Assembly (NCBI GenBank): GCA_046537975.1
Contig: JBKHJR010000003.1
Coordinates: 6,677-70,676 of the forward strand
Length of the DNA: 64,000 nucleotides
Reading direction: 5' to 3'
Source of the DNA: Desulfurivibrionaceae bacterium
Lineage (GTDB): Bacteria > Desulfobacterota > Desulfobulbia > Desulfobulbales > SURF-16
Below are positions 9,020-18,275 of this stretch, in pieces. The notes below the pieces were generated by a model, which made no database searches, had not been told where the DNA came from, and worked only from the letters and a program-made list of their open reading frames with translations. The translations under genes were made by a program, and so were the position numbers. The first letter of the stretch is position 1; every line of letters begins with the position of its first letter.

Positions 9020-10675
9020 CTACAAAACAGGAAAGGTTTCCCTGTCTCCTCTATACTTACAGCCCAGGCTATCTCCCAAGGTCTGACAGACATGCCTGGC
9101 AAAACCCGAGCCGGCCTCGGACAACACATTATAAGCGACATCAGCTCCGGACTCTTTAAGCTCGGCGACCTGATCATCAAAAACGGCGGTTGCGGTTACC
9201 TTGCCCTCGAAACCGGCTCTTTTCAATTCCTGCAGAGCAAACATATTGGCATTATGATTGGGCATGGTGAGCATAACCAGCCTGACCTTTCCCATGGGGA
9301 CCTCGGTCCAGAAATCATAATCTGCCCCATCCCCCCAGATGACATTTCTTCCCATAATCTGATTAGCAGAGACCGTCTCCTTGTTATTATCAACTCCGAG
9401 GACATGGCCCTCATACTGCTGATCAGCGGCATCATAGGCTCCGGAACCAACTCTCCCCATTCCAAAGACAAGCACTTCCGCATCACCAAGATCAATGGGA
9501 AGATCCCCGGGATGACGGCTCATGGTTTCCAGGTGACTGAGAACCTTGGAAAAATAATTATAAAGATTATGAACCCGACTATTTACGAAGGAGCTAAGGA
9601 TAAAGGAAAAAGTTAGAGCCAGGGCCATGATAATAAGCCAGTCAGAATCAAGCATACCCCTGGCACAGGCTATGGAGGTGCAGATAAGACCGAATTCCGA
9701 ATAATTGCTTAAAACCATACTGGAAAGAAAGGATGTTCTGCCCCGTAATTTAAACCTGGTAAGAAGGACAATGAAAAAGACTGACTTGACTACCAGAAGG
9801 CCAAGAAACAGCAGGGCAATCAGGATATGAGTAATCTCCGGGATACCGGTCAGGCCAATACTGAAAAAAAAGCCTATAAGAAAAAGATCCTTGAAAGAAT
9901 AAAGAGACCTGGACAGCTCCGAGGAGCGGGGATGGTGAGAAATAAGGGCACCGATCACCAGGGCGCCGAGATCGGGCTTCAGGCCGACCAGCTCAAAACT
10001 GGTAGCTCCCAGAGCGGTCGCCACAAAAAGACCGCCCAGGGACTGGAGTTCCCCGTGCCCTAACCGGTCCAGAATATACATTAGCAGCGGCCGGATCAGA
10101 AAAAGAAAAACAGGTATCAGCAGGGCCCAGGGAGAAGGCCAGCTCCCTTTGGAGATTGTGATAAAGATAACCGCAAGGATGTCCTGCATAATAAGAATGC
10201 CGATAGCCACCCTGCCGTGAAGGGCATTCATCTCCCCTCTTGCCTCAAGCACTTTAACTGCGAAAACAGTACTGGAAAAACCGGCGGCAAAGCCTACCAA
10301 CAGGACCTCCTCCATAGGCATACCTTCAAAAAAATGAACCGCCCCCAATATTCCGAGTCCGTTTATAATTAGGGCAAAAAAACAAGTGGAGAGGGTAAGG
10401 TGGATTGTGGCTCCGGCCCAGCATACCGGATCAAGAAGGGACTTCAGGTCGAGCTTCAGGCCGATGGTGAAGAGAAGGAGCAGTACTCCTAAATCGGCAA
10501 TCACCCCAAGTGCCAGGGAACCGTTGGTAATCCCCAGATAATTAAGAAAAAATCCGGATAACAGAAAGCCTATCATGGGGGGCAGCCCTGCCTGGCGGGC
10601 ACCGAAACCGAAAATAAAAGCGGCGGTTATCCAGATCACATTGACCAGTTCCGGAGATTCAAAAAACATTTCCAT
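9020..10675 (-). CDS. CPA2-family cation:proton antiporter with C-terminal RCK/TrkA-N domain (Kef-type K+ efflux)
   Basis: 551 aa. About 12 TM helices, then a Rossmann-like VLVFGMGRVGSGAYD NAD-binding motif. Confidence 0.8.
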   Translation of the reverse strand: MEMFFESPELVNVIWITAAFIFGFGARQAGLPPMIGFLLSGFFLNYLGITNGSLALGVIADLGVLLLLFTIGLKLDLKSLLDPVCWAGATIHLTLSTCFFALIINGLGILGAVHFFEGMPMEEVLLVGFAAGFSSTVFAVKVLEARGEMNALHGRVAIGILIMQDILAVIFITISKGSWPSPWALLIPVFLFLIRPLLMYILDRLGHGELQSLGGLFVATALGATSFELVGLKPDLGALVIGALISHHPRSSELSRSLYSFKDLFLIGFFFSIGLTGIPEITHILIALLFLGLLVVKSVFFIVLLTRFKLRGRTSFLSSMVLSNYSEFGLICTSIACARGMLDSDWLIIMALALTFSFILSSFVNSRVHNLYNYFSKVLSHLETMSRHPGDLPIDLGDAEVLVFGMGRVGSGAYDAADQQYEGHVLGVDNNKETVSANQIMGRNVIWGDGADYDFWTEVPMGKVRLVMLTMPNHNANMFALQELKRAGFEGKVTATAVFDDQVAELKESGADVAYNVLSEAGSGFARHVCQTLGDSLGCKYRGDRETFPVL

Positions 10676-10920
10676 ATCATCACCTTATCGTGACTAATCG
10701 CTCCCCGCTCAAGGTCAACCAGCGGTTAAAAAACTCAATACTGGCCCAATCCTGCCAAGAATGAATAACTAAAAATATATCGACTAAAACCAAATTGAAA
10801 GTAATAATAGCGGCTTAATACCGGAAAAAGAAACAGTAAGTCTGGAAGGAAAAGAAGAAATCAAAAATTATACGGCAATGGAGCGAGTACAGTGAACCCC
10901 AAAATAATATCATAACTTCA

Positions 10921-11052
10921 GTCCACCTGATCCCGACAAGTGGACCAAACAAAGGGCCCATACTTTAACATGCTGAGATAAAAGAGAATCATGTCAATTA
11001 ATTCCCCGGAACCCTCTCTTAATCTTGTCCCTTGCCCCTTGTCCCTTGAACC
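10921..11052 (-). repeat. dispersed intergenic repeat family, copy B, with 4 CTTGNNC heptamers (11024-11051)
   Basis: GTCCACCTGATCCCGACAAGTGGACCAAACAAAGGGCCCATACTTTAACATGCTGAGATAAAAGAGAATCATGTCAATTAATTCCCCGGAAC followed by CTTGTCC CTTGCCC CTTGTCC CTTGAAC. Confidence 0.85.
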
Positions 11053-11201
11053 TCAAAATCTCCGGGGACGGGAACTCTGAATATACCTTCAGCAGCACCG
11101 GGACGCTCCACCGGTGATCAGGTAACAGCGATGAAAATATATATCATAATGGGAGCAACTGGCTTGATATCTCTTTCAGCACCCAATCCTCATTTCCTGA
11201 A

Positions 11202-12227
11202 TTACTGTAAGGCCCTGGCCTTCTGCAGCCAATCGTCCCATTTCTGCTGATTGTCCTTGATCCACTCATCCACATGGCGTTCAATGTCAGACTCGGAATC
11301 CTCACCTTTATTCATCTTGTCATTCTGATCGCTTATATCTTTTAAAGGCAGAGTGAAAAGCTGGAAAAACTTCTTTATATCCGGATGACTTTCCACAAAC
11401 TCCTTATTGGCCGCAATTCTTATATCACTTACCACAAAACCGAACTTTACAGGATCAGTCACCGCACCTTTCACTCCGGAAACCGCCATCCTGTCTTCAA
11501 ATCCTTTTTGATTTTCCGAAGGAACAATTTCCGGAACATTGATCCACATAACATCCTTTCCCGGTTTCAGTCTGGCAATGGTCCAGTTAGGCGCCCAGGT
11601 AAAAAAGAAAACCGGCTTATCATTTTTATAATCGGCAATGGCCTGGGCCATCCCTGCCGAATAAGTGGCATCTATAGGATTGATATGCTCTCTGAGGCCA
11701 TAGACGTCGAGATGATGGTTTATGGTATTTGCACATCCCCAGCCCGGTGTACAGGAGACCAGATCAGCCTTACCATCGCCGTTGGAATCAAAAGCCTCCT
11801 TTACTTCCGGTCTCTTAAAATCATTAAGCGATTTTATATCATATTTCTCCACATCCCTCTTGGAGACAAGATAACCCTGCAGGGTGCCGGACTTTAGTAT
11901 ATATCCGTAAGTATCGGCAGTCTCATAAAAATTATCGGGCAGCTGATTGTTATGGAGAGGGAACCAGCCGTTGGCCCAGTAATCCACATCTCCAAGTGCT
12001 ACGGATTGATAGAAAATGGAATTCTGCAGATCCCTGGGTTTCTTTACCTCATAACCGAGCTGAGTAAGCCCCCGCCTGACCAGGGCCTCCTGAAAATAGC
12101 CGGTATTCCAAGTGGCACGGGCCGGCTGGATAACCTCTTTTTTACCGTTATTACCACAGCCTGTAGTAATGCTGAGAGCCAGGACCGCGGCAATCAAAAA
12201 AATCCAGCAGGAATTTAATCTGATCAT
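11202..12227 (-). CDS. proX: glycine betaine/proline ABC transporter substrate-binding lipoprotein
   Basis: 341 aa. Lipobox LSITTGC and a ProX-like body. Last gene of a proV-proW-proX-ordered operon. Confidence 0.85.
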   Translation of the reverse strand: MIRLNSCWIFLIAAVLALSITTGCGNNGKKEVIQPARATWNTGYFQEALVRRGLTQLGYEVKKPRDLQNSIFYQSVALGDVDYWANGWFPLHNNQLPDNFYETADTYGYILKSGTLQGYLVSKRDVEKYDIKSLNDFKRPEVKEAFDSNGDGKADLVSCTPGWGCANTINHHLDVYGLREHINPIDATYSAGMAQAIADYKNDKPVFFFTWAPNWTIARLKPGKDVMWINVPEIVPSENQKGFEDRMAVSGVKGAVTDPVKFGFVVSDIRIAANKEFVESHPDIKKFFQLFTLPLKDISDQNDKMNKGEDSESDIERHVDEWIKDNQQKWDDWLQKARALQ

Positions 12228-12305
12228 TTTCTTCTCCTCTGTCTCTTACGTTTATGGCACTTAAACCACAGGGAAGGTATTTCAGCCTCGCCCTTACAAA
12301 ACCTT

Positions 12306-13157
12306 CTAATTCTGTTTCTTCCCAAGAGCCTGCGTAACCCGATCCAAAACCATGGCCATGAGAACAATACTGATTCCGGCAATAACCGCCAAACCTATAT
12401 CCATGTTGTTAAGTCCCCGGACTACAGGCATGCCCAGGCCGCCGGCCCCGATTAAGGCGGCGATCACCACCATGGACAGCGACATCATGATGGTCTGATT
12501 GAGGCCGGCCATAATGGTAGTTCTGGCTAAAGGGAGTTGTACTTTATAAAGTACCTGCCTTTTTGTGGCTCCGAAGGCCAAAGCCGCTTCCACCAGTTCA
12601 GGATGAACCTGCCTGATTCCCAGAGAGGTCAGACGTATTATGGGCGGCAAAGCAAAAATAATAGTAGCCAGCACCCCGGCGACCGTACCCACACTGAAAA
12701 GCATAACTACCGGAACCAAGTAGACAAAGGGCGGGGTAGTCTGCATGGCATCCAGTATCGGCCTCAGAAAAGATTCAAAGGTATCATTGCGGCCGGCAAA
12801 TATCCCCAGGGGAACACCGATGATTGTACAAAACACCACAGCACAGAGAACCATGGCAAGAGTAGTCATGGTATCTGCCCACATTCCCAGTAATCCAACC
12901 ACAATAAAAGTGATTATAGTAAACAGGCTCAGCTTATATCCGGCAGCCCGCCAGGCTATAACACCTATAATTGCAATGACGATAAGGGGGTGAAGGGAAG
13001 ACAGTCCTGAATTAAGGCCCTCCAGGGTTCTTTCAACCGGCCATTTAATGAGCTGAAAGACTTCACGGTAATTCAGCACCAGCCAGTCAACTGCCTGGTC
13101 CGCCCACTTATCAAGAGGGATTACCTTTTTGTCCAAATCCAAGATACTTAAATCCAT
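12306..13157 (-). CDS. proW: glycine betaine/proline ABC transporter permease
   Basis: 283 aa. Multi-TM BPD-type permease with an EAA-like loop (LVEAALAFGATKRQVLYKVQLPLA). Confidence 0.88.
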   Translation of the reverse strand: MDLSILDLDKKVIPLDKWADQAVDWLVLNYREVFQLIKWPVERTLEGLNSGLSSLHPLIVIAIIGVIAWRAAGYKLSLFTIITFIVVGLLGMWADTMTTLAMVLCAVVFCTIIGVPLGIFAGRNDTFESFLRPILDAMQTTPPFVYLVPVVMLFSVGTVAGVLATIIFALPPIIRLTSLGIRQVHPELVEAALAFGATKRQVLYKVQLPLARTTIMAGLNQTIMMSLSMVVIAALIGAGGLGMPVVRGLNNMDIGLAVIAGISIVLMAMVLDRVTQALGKKQN

Positions 13158-13253
13158 ACCATAGACCTCATTACTGTATTAGCCGGCAGGTTCCGGGCTT
13201 ATATCCGTCTTTCCCGTCAATCAGCCGGCCAGCCGAATTTAAACAAGAATTTT

Positions 13254-14471
13254 CTACTCCTCTCCCCTGTCCCTGTGAAGAGTGTTCAAGAAGATATCTT
13301 TAGAAACCATCCCCTTATAACGGCCCTCCTCATCCAGAACAGGCAGGGGATGGGGATTGGAAGCCACTTCCGGCAGTATCTCCTGCATGGAATCAGTCTC
13401 TTTGACCGAGACCACTCCCCGAAGAAAAGCATCTTCCATTTTTCTTTCTTCATCCGGCTTGTTATCCAACAGATTCTGCAGAGAAGAACGGGAGACGATA
13501 CCGGAGACTCTATTTTCTTGATCAAGCTTACAACCGTAGTACAACCCTTGATCCTTCAGCTTCTTCAGTGCTTCTTCCACTGAAATGTCATCCTGGAGAA
13601 CCACGGCCTCGGGTTTGGCTATGTCCCTGAGCTTAAGGATATGAGTGGGATCAACTCCCCGGAAGAAGGCCCGGACATAATCATTGGCGGGTTTCTGCAA
13701 TATCTCTTCCGGAGTGCCGACCTGAACAATACCGCCGTTCTCCATTATGGCGATCCGGTCGCCGATACGCATGGCCTCATCCAAGTCATGGGAGATAAAG
13801 ATTATTGTTCTGGCGTGCTGATCCTGAATCTTGAGCAATTCATCCTGCATTTCGGTTCTGATCAGAGGATCCAGGGCGGAAAAGGCCTCATCCATGAGCA
13901 TAATCTCCGGATTAACCGCCAACCCCCGGGCCAGCCCCACCCGTTGCTGCTGGCCTCCGGACAACTCAGCCGGGGTTACATCACAGTAGGCAGAGAGCCC
14001 TACCTGTTCCAGAGCTTCCTCAGATCTCTTCAGCCGCTCTTTTTTGGAAAAGCCCCCTATTTCCAGACCAAAGGCAACATTTTCCAGGACACTCAGATGA
14101 GGCATCAAAGCAAAAGACTGGAAAACCATGGCCATATGCCCGCGGCGCAGTTCAACCAGCTGCTTTTCAGTCATGGCAATGACGTCCTCGCCGTTAACCA
14201 TAACACTGCCGCTGGTCGGTACAATAAGCCGGTTCAGCATCCGCACCAGAGTAGACTTCCCTGATCCGGAAAGCCCCATAACCACAAAGATCTCCCCTTC
14301 TCTTACCGAAAAAGTGGCATCCTGAACCCCGACGGTCATTCCGGTCTTTTTCTGGACCTCATCCTTAGTCCCGCCTTCCTTAAGCAGATCCAATCCTTTT
14401 TCCGGTTCAGGCCCGAATATTTTATAGAGTCCCTCCACGTAAATTTTATCAGATATATCAGATTGATCCAT
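13254..14471 (-). CDS. proV: glycine betaine/proline ABC transporter ATP-binding protein with C-terminal CBS pair
   Basis: Walker A GLSGSGKST, signature LSGGQQQRV, Walker B MLMDEAFSALD and a CBS-like tail. ATG at 14471 (MDQSDIS) has a GAGGAA RBS. The longer ORF-track start at 14552 is less likely. Confidence 0.88.
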   Translation of the reverse strand: MDQSDISDKIYVEGLYKIFGPEPEKGLDLLKEGGTKDEVQKKTGMTVGVQDATFSVREGEIFVVMGLSGSGKSTLVRMLNRLIVPTSGSVMVNGEDVIAMTEKQLVELRRGHMAMVFQSFALMPHLSVLENVAFGLEIGGFSKKERLKRSEEALEQVGLSAYCDVTPAELSGGQQQRVGLARGLAVNPEIMLMDEAFSALDPLIRTEMQDELLKIQDQHARTIIFISHDLDEAMRIGDRIAIMENGGIVQVGTPEEILQKPANDYVRAFFRGVDPTHILKLRDIAKPEAVVLQDDISVEEALKKLKDQGLYYGCKLDQENRVSGIVSRSSLQNLLDNKPDEERKMEDAFLRGVVSVKETDSMQEILPEVASNPHPLPVLDEEGRYKGMVSKDIFLNTLHRDRGEE

Positions 14472-14777
14472 ATTTCCTCTACCAGCTGATTTTTTGAGAG
14501 GCCGGGAGCTGTCTGATCCTGACCCGACATTTATAGGAAAATTCAGAGCCAAGGGCCACTTAAAAGCACTTCTATGTTTGTAAACCCACTTAACTTAATC
14601 TTATTTAGAAAAAAGTAAATCGTCAATCTTTTTAGAAAATTAAGGCTTAACCATAATCAATAATCACATCTGCCCCCTTGTCGCATCTGGGTTGCGCCAA
14701 ACTATACTGTAATATATTTTACTTACTGAAATTACGGCATTAATAACCACAAAAGATTAACAGACCGGTTATCCTAT

Positions 14778-14805
14778 TTGACAAAAACAAACAGCTTGAT
14801 AATAT
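14778..14805 (+). promoter_or_regulatory. near-consensus sigma70 promoter for the PfkB-kinase gene
   Basis: TTGACA (14778-14783), 16-nt spacer, TAATAT (14800-14805), about 80 nt upstream of the ATG at 14887. Confidence 0.45.
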
Positions 14806-14886
14806 CGAGGTGATCAGTGAAACCGGATCTCCCATCCTTATCATTAATCACAAACAAAAAACTTACTATCAGGAGCGCAGAATACA

Positions 14887-15816
14887 ATGAATATCTTAAT
14901 ATCAGGTTCAGTGGCCTATGACAGGATCATGGATTTTCCCGGTAAATTTGCCGATCATATCCTGCCTGACAAAATCCATATCTTGAACGTCAGCTTCCTG
15001 CTGGACAGTGTTACGGAAAAATTCGGCGGTACAGCGGGAAACATAGCCTACAGCCTGGCCCTGCTGGAAGAAAGGGCAACGATCCTCGCCACAGTAGGCA
15101 GAGATTTCGGTCCTTATGAGAACTGGATGAGCAAACACGGCATTACCCTGGACGGTATACGCAAAATTGAGGATGAACTGACTGCCTCGGCCTACATTAC
15201 CACCGACAAATCAGACAATCAGATAACCGGCTTCAATCCCGGAGCCATGAAACACCAGGCCTCTTATCAGGTTAAAGACAGGAATCCGGATGACACCATT
15301 GCCATTATTTCCCCGGGCAACATGGAGGACATGCTCAGCTACTGCCGGGCCTATAAAGAAGCGGGGATACCTTTCATCTTTGATCCAGGCCAACAGACCC
15401 CGGTTTTTTCTAAGGATCAGCTGATGGAACTCATAAGCGGCTCCAGTGTAACAATAGCCAATGACTATGAACTGCAATTAATCGAAGGAACTACCAATCT
15501 CTCCGGGGATGAATTGCTGGATTACACCGCTTCCATAATCGTCACCCTTGGGGAGCAGGGCTCAAACATATACAGAAAAAATAAGGATGCTGTAAACATC
15601 CCCTCAGTCCAGGCCAGGGAAGTAAAAGATCCCACCGGTGCCGGTGATTCTTACCGTTCCGGCCTTTTGAAGGGCCTGGTCTCCGGCAGGGAACTCCCGG
15701 ATGCCGCCCGTATGGGAGCCACATGCGCCAGTTTTGCTGTGGAGTGCTATGGAACCCAGGAGCACAGTTTCACTCCGGAGGAATTCCAGGAGCGTCACCA
15801 GGCTAATTTCGGTTAA
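14887..15816 (+). CDS. PfkB-family carbohydrate/nucleoside kinase
   Basis: 309 aa. N-terminal GGTAGNIAY and C-terminal DPTGAGDSYRSG ribokinase-family motifs. Confidence 0.8.
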   Translation: MNILISGSVAYDRIMDFPGKFADHILPDKIHILNVSFLLDSVTEKFGGTAGNIAYSLALLEERATILATVGRDFGPYENWMSKHGITLDGIRKIEDELTASAYITTDKSDNQITGFNPGAMKHQASYQVKDRNPDDTIAIISPGNMEDMLSYCRAYKEAGIPFIFDPGQQTPVFSKDQLMELISGSSVTIANDYELQLIEGTTNLSGDELLDYTASIIVTLGEQGSNIYRKNKDAVNIPSVQAREVKDPTGAGDSYRSGLLKGLVSGRELPDAARMGATCASFAVECYGTQEHSFTPEEFQERHQANFG

Positions 15817-15918
15817 TTGCTCAGGCTGACAGACGGAGGACTCAAGACCCCCTGGACCTGGAAAGGGTCCTCCTTCCTCTCGCCGCCGGCCGCGGCAGGA
15901 ATGGCCGGAATAATTTCA

Positions 15919-16080
15919 GACCACCTGAGCCCGACAAGTTGACCAAACAAAAGGGCCCATACTTTAACATGCTGAGATAAAAGAGAATCATGTTAAGCAA
16001 TTCACCGGAACTTTCTTTTCATCTTGCCCCTTGCCCCTTGCCCCTTGAACCTTGTCCCTTGTCCCTTGAGCCTTGAACCT
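15919..16080 (-). repeat. dispersed intergenic repeat family, copy C, with 8 tandem CTTGNNC heptamers (16023-16078)
   Basis: GACCACCTGAGCCCGACAAGTTGACCAAACAAAAGGGCCCATACTTTAACATGCTGAGATAAAAGAGAATCATGTTAAGCAATTCACCGGAAC, then CTTGCCC x3, CTTGAAC, CTTGTCC x2, CTTGAGC, CTTGAAC. Confidence 0.9.
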
Positions 16081-16391
16081 GTATTAACCAGTCGGCGGCG
16101 GCGTCCGGGTTTTGCCGGTATAGGCCCTTTGTTAATCGTGGTTCCGGGACTTGTGGAACTTATAGCTATAACTTCAGGCGTACCAGTGCCATACCCTCAA
16201 TTGACAATTATAATCAATTAAGATAAATCAGACACTACCTCGATATGAGTTCGGCGAACATGTAAGTTCGAAAAGAGAACCACGGCCTGGTGAACAAAAA
16301 GTGCAAAATAAAATTCAATGGCCTATCCGGAGTATCTTTAAATGTACATAATCCTTAATCAGCATTACGACCAGAACGGTCAATAAAACCA

Positions 16392-18140
16392 ATGAGACGG
16401 GAAAAGACGTTCACACACTTAAAGTGCCGGCTCTCAACCCGACGGAGAAGCTTGGCTTCATTCAACAGTAAGAAAAACATGAGAAAAAACAACCTGGCGT
16501 CGATTACTGAACACGGCTTGCAGGAAATAGTAGAAAACCTCGAGTCCAAAGACATTATCAAAGCGAAACTGGTACTGGATCATTTCCCGGATTTTCCCTA
16601 CGAGCAACAGTGTCATATAATTGAGCATCTCAAACAAACCGACAAGACTCTCGCCCTGCCCTTGTTGGTCCATGTCTTGGTAATCCATGAGAAGGCAGCC
16701 ACCGACCATCCTTCACTGCCGGAAATCATCTTTACCATGGCCCTGCAGAATCCCGGACTTGTGATTTCAGAAATAAGAAAGCCCACAACAGCCCAGAAGT
16801 ACCTGTTACAACTGGCCATTGACTTCCAGTTCAATGAAGCGGTGCCGGTCCTGATTGACATTCTCCAGGAATCAAAAGAAGAGGAAATAATTATTACAGC
16901 CATCTACGGCCTGGGGGTTCTTGCGGATCCCCTTGCGGTGGATCCGGTTTCGGAATTCCTCTACGCCTCAGATGAGTACTCTGATCTGCAGGTAGAAGCA
17001 ATCAAGGCCCTGGGCCAGATTGCCACCCCCACCGCCCTGCAGAGGCTTGAGGAATCAATGGGCAGAGGTGCGGATAGAGACAAAGAGATTATTGAGGTAT
17101 TTGCCGGCCTCCAGGATGAAGAATCTTTAAAGAAGCTTAACACCTGCCTACAGTCAAGTAACGCCCATATCCGCAATCATGCCAAGGTCAAATTAACAGA
17201 ACTGGGACCCAAGGCTATACCCATTCTGATCGCCAACCTGTCTAATCCTGATCCCGATCTCCAGATCCACTCTTTAAATATTCTCCAAGAAACCGATGAT
17301 CAGAGTGTAACTAAGGCTGTCCGGAAACTGCTGCACAGCCATCCCCGCGACAGTAATGTCCGGTTTGCCGCTTATGAAGCGCTGTCTTCACTACCGGTCC
17401 GCAAAGGCGACTATCTTCTGGCCTCCGGTCTCACCGATCCGGAAGATAATGTCCGACTCGCTGCGGCCAGAGCCATAAACCACAATCTTGACGAACTGCT
17501 CATAAGCGGTTTAAAGAATATGATCCAGGTTGCCGATCAGGAGTCCAGGAAGATGGTCAGAGCCATAATCGATGCCCAGGCTGAGGATTTATTTATGGCC
17601 CTGGTAGAGGAAACAGCTTTTCAGGAACAGGCGGTCTCTTACCTGGCAGGGGCTCACCCGGAACTGCGCACCTGGTTCGTGAATTACCTCATCCGCTCTC
17701 GAAAAACAGGCCTGGCCAATCTGATTATCCGCCAGAACAAAACAGAGGAGAAAAAATACACAGGTAAAGTCTGTGCAGTAGATGACTCCAGGATGATCTT
17801 AAACGTCTACCGCAGCATTTTAACTGAACTGGGCTACGAGCCCCTTCTTTTTCAGTATCCGGCTGAAGCTGTTGACTGGCTGGTCTCCAATAAACCGGAC
17901 TTTGTCTGTACGGATCTCAATATGCCCGGAATAAACGGACTCGAACTGATCAAAAAGGTTCGGGAAAAATACAGTAAAGAAGAACTGCCTATTGTGATGG
18001 TCACCACCCAGAATGAAGTTCAGGATAACAATTCAGCAAAAGAAGCAGGGGTTAATGACATAATTTATAAACCCTTTGATGCTGAAAGCCTCGGCCGGGT
18101 TCTGTATAAGGTAAAGAGCGGCGGGAGAAGAATTTTGTAA
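16392..18140 (+). CDS. HEAT-repeat protein with C-terminal CheY-like receiver domain
   Basis: 582 aa. Repeated helical HEAT/PBS-lyase-like units (e.g. DPDLQIHSLNIL, NVRFAAYEAL, NVRLAAARAI). C-terminal REC: VCAVDDS...FVCTDLNMPGINGLEL...VMVTTQ...YKPF. The start may be the internal ATG at 16479. Confidence 0.75.
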   Translation: MRREKTFTHLKCRLSTRRRSLASFNSKKNMRKNNLASITEHGLQEIVENLESKDIIKAKLVLDHFPDFPYEQQCHIIEHLKQTDKTLALPLLVHVLVIHEKAATDHPSLPEIIFTMALQNPGLVISEIRKPTTAQKYLLQLAIDFQFNEAVPVLIDILQESKEEEIIITAIYGLGVLADPLAVDPVSEFLYASDEYSDLQVEAIKALGQIATPTALQRLEESMGRGADRDKEIIEVFAGLQDEESLKKLNTCLQSSNAHIRNHAKVKLTELGPKAIPILIANLSNPDPDLQIHSLNILQETDDQSVTKAVRKLLHSHPRDSNVRFAAYEALSSLPVRKGDYLLASGLTDPEDNVRLAAARAINHNLDELLISGLKNMIQVADQESRKMVRAIIDAQAEDLFMALVEETAFQEQAVSYLAGAHPELRTWFVNYLIRSRKTGLANLIIRQNKTEEKKYTGKVCAVDDSRMILNVYRSILTELGYEPLLFQYPAEAVDWLVSNKPDFVCTDLNMPGINGLELIKKVREKYSKEELPIVMVTTQNEVQDNNSAKEAGVNDIIYKPFDAESLGRVLYKVKSGGRRIL

Positions 18141-18275
18141 ATAACATTGAAGTTTTATCTGCAAACTGTAAGTTTACATCTTTGACAAAGCTGCTGTAAG
18201 TAGGCAACTTGACTATTTTATATCCCGGAATTAGCCATTGACAGGACTGCCGTAAATTAACCGGAGAGAACAACA

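Noticed and set aside
16024-16221. 65-aa ORF (MPLAPCPLNLVPCPLSLEP...)
   Set aside because: It is generated by the CTTGNNC heptamer tract of repeat copy C. It has no RBS, and the equivalent tracts at other copies are not in ORFs.
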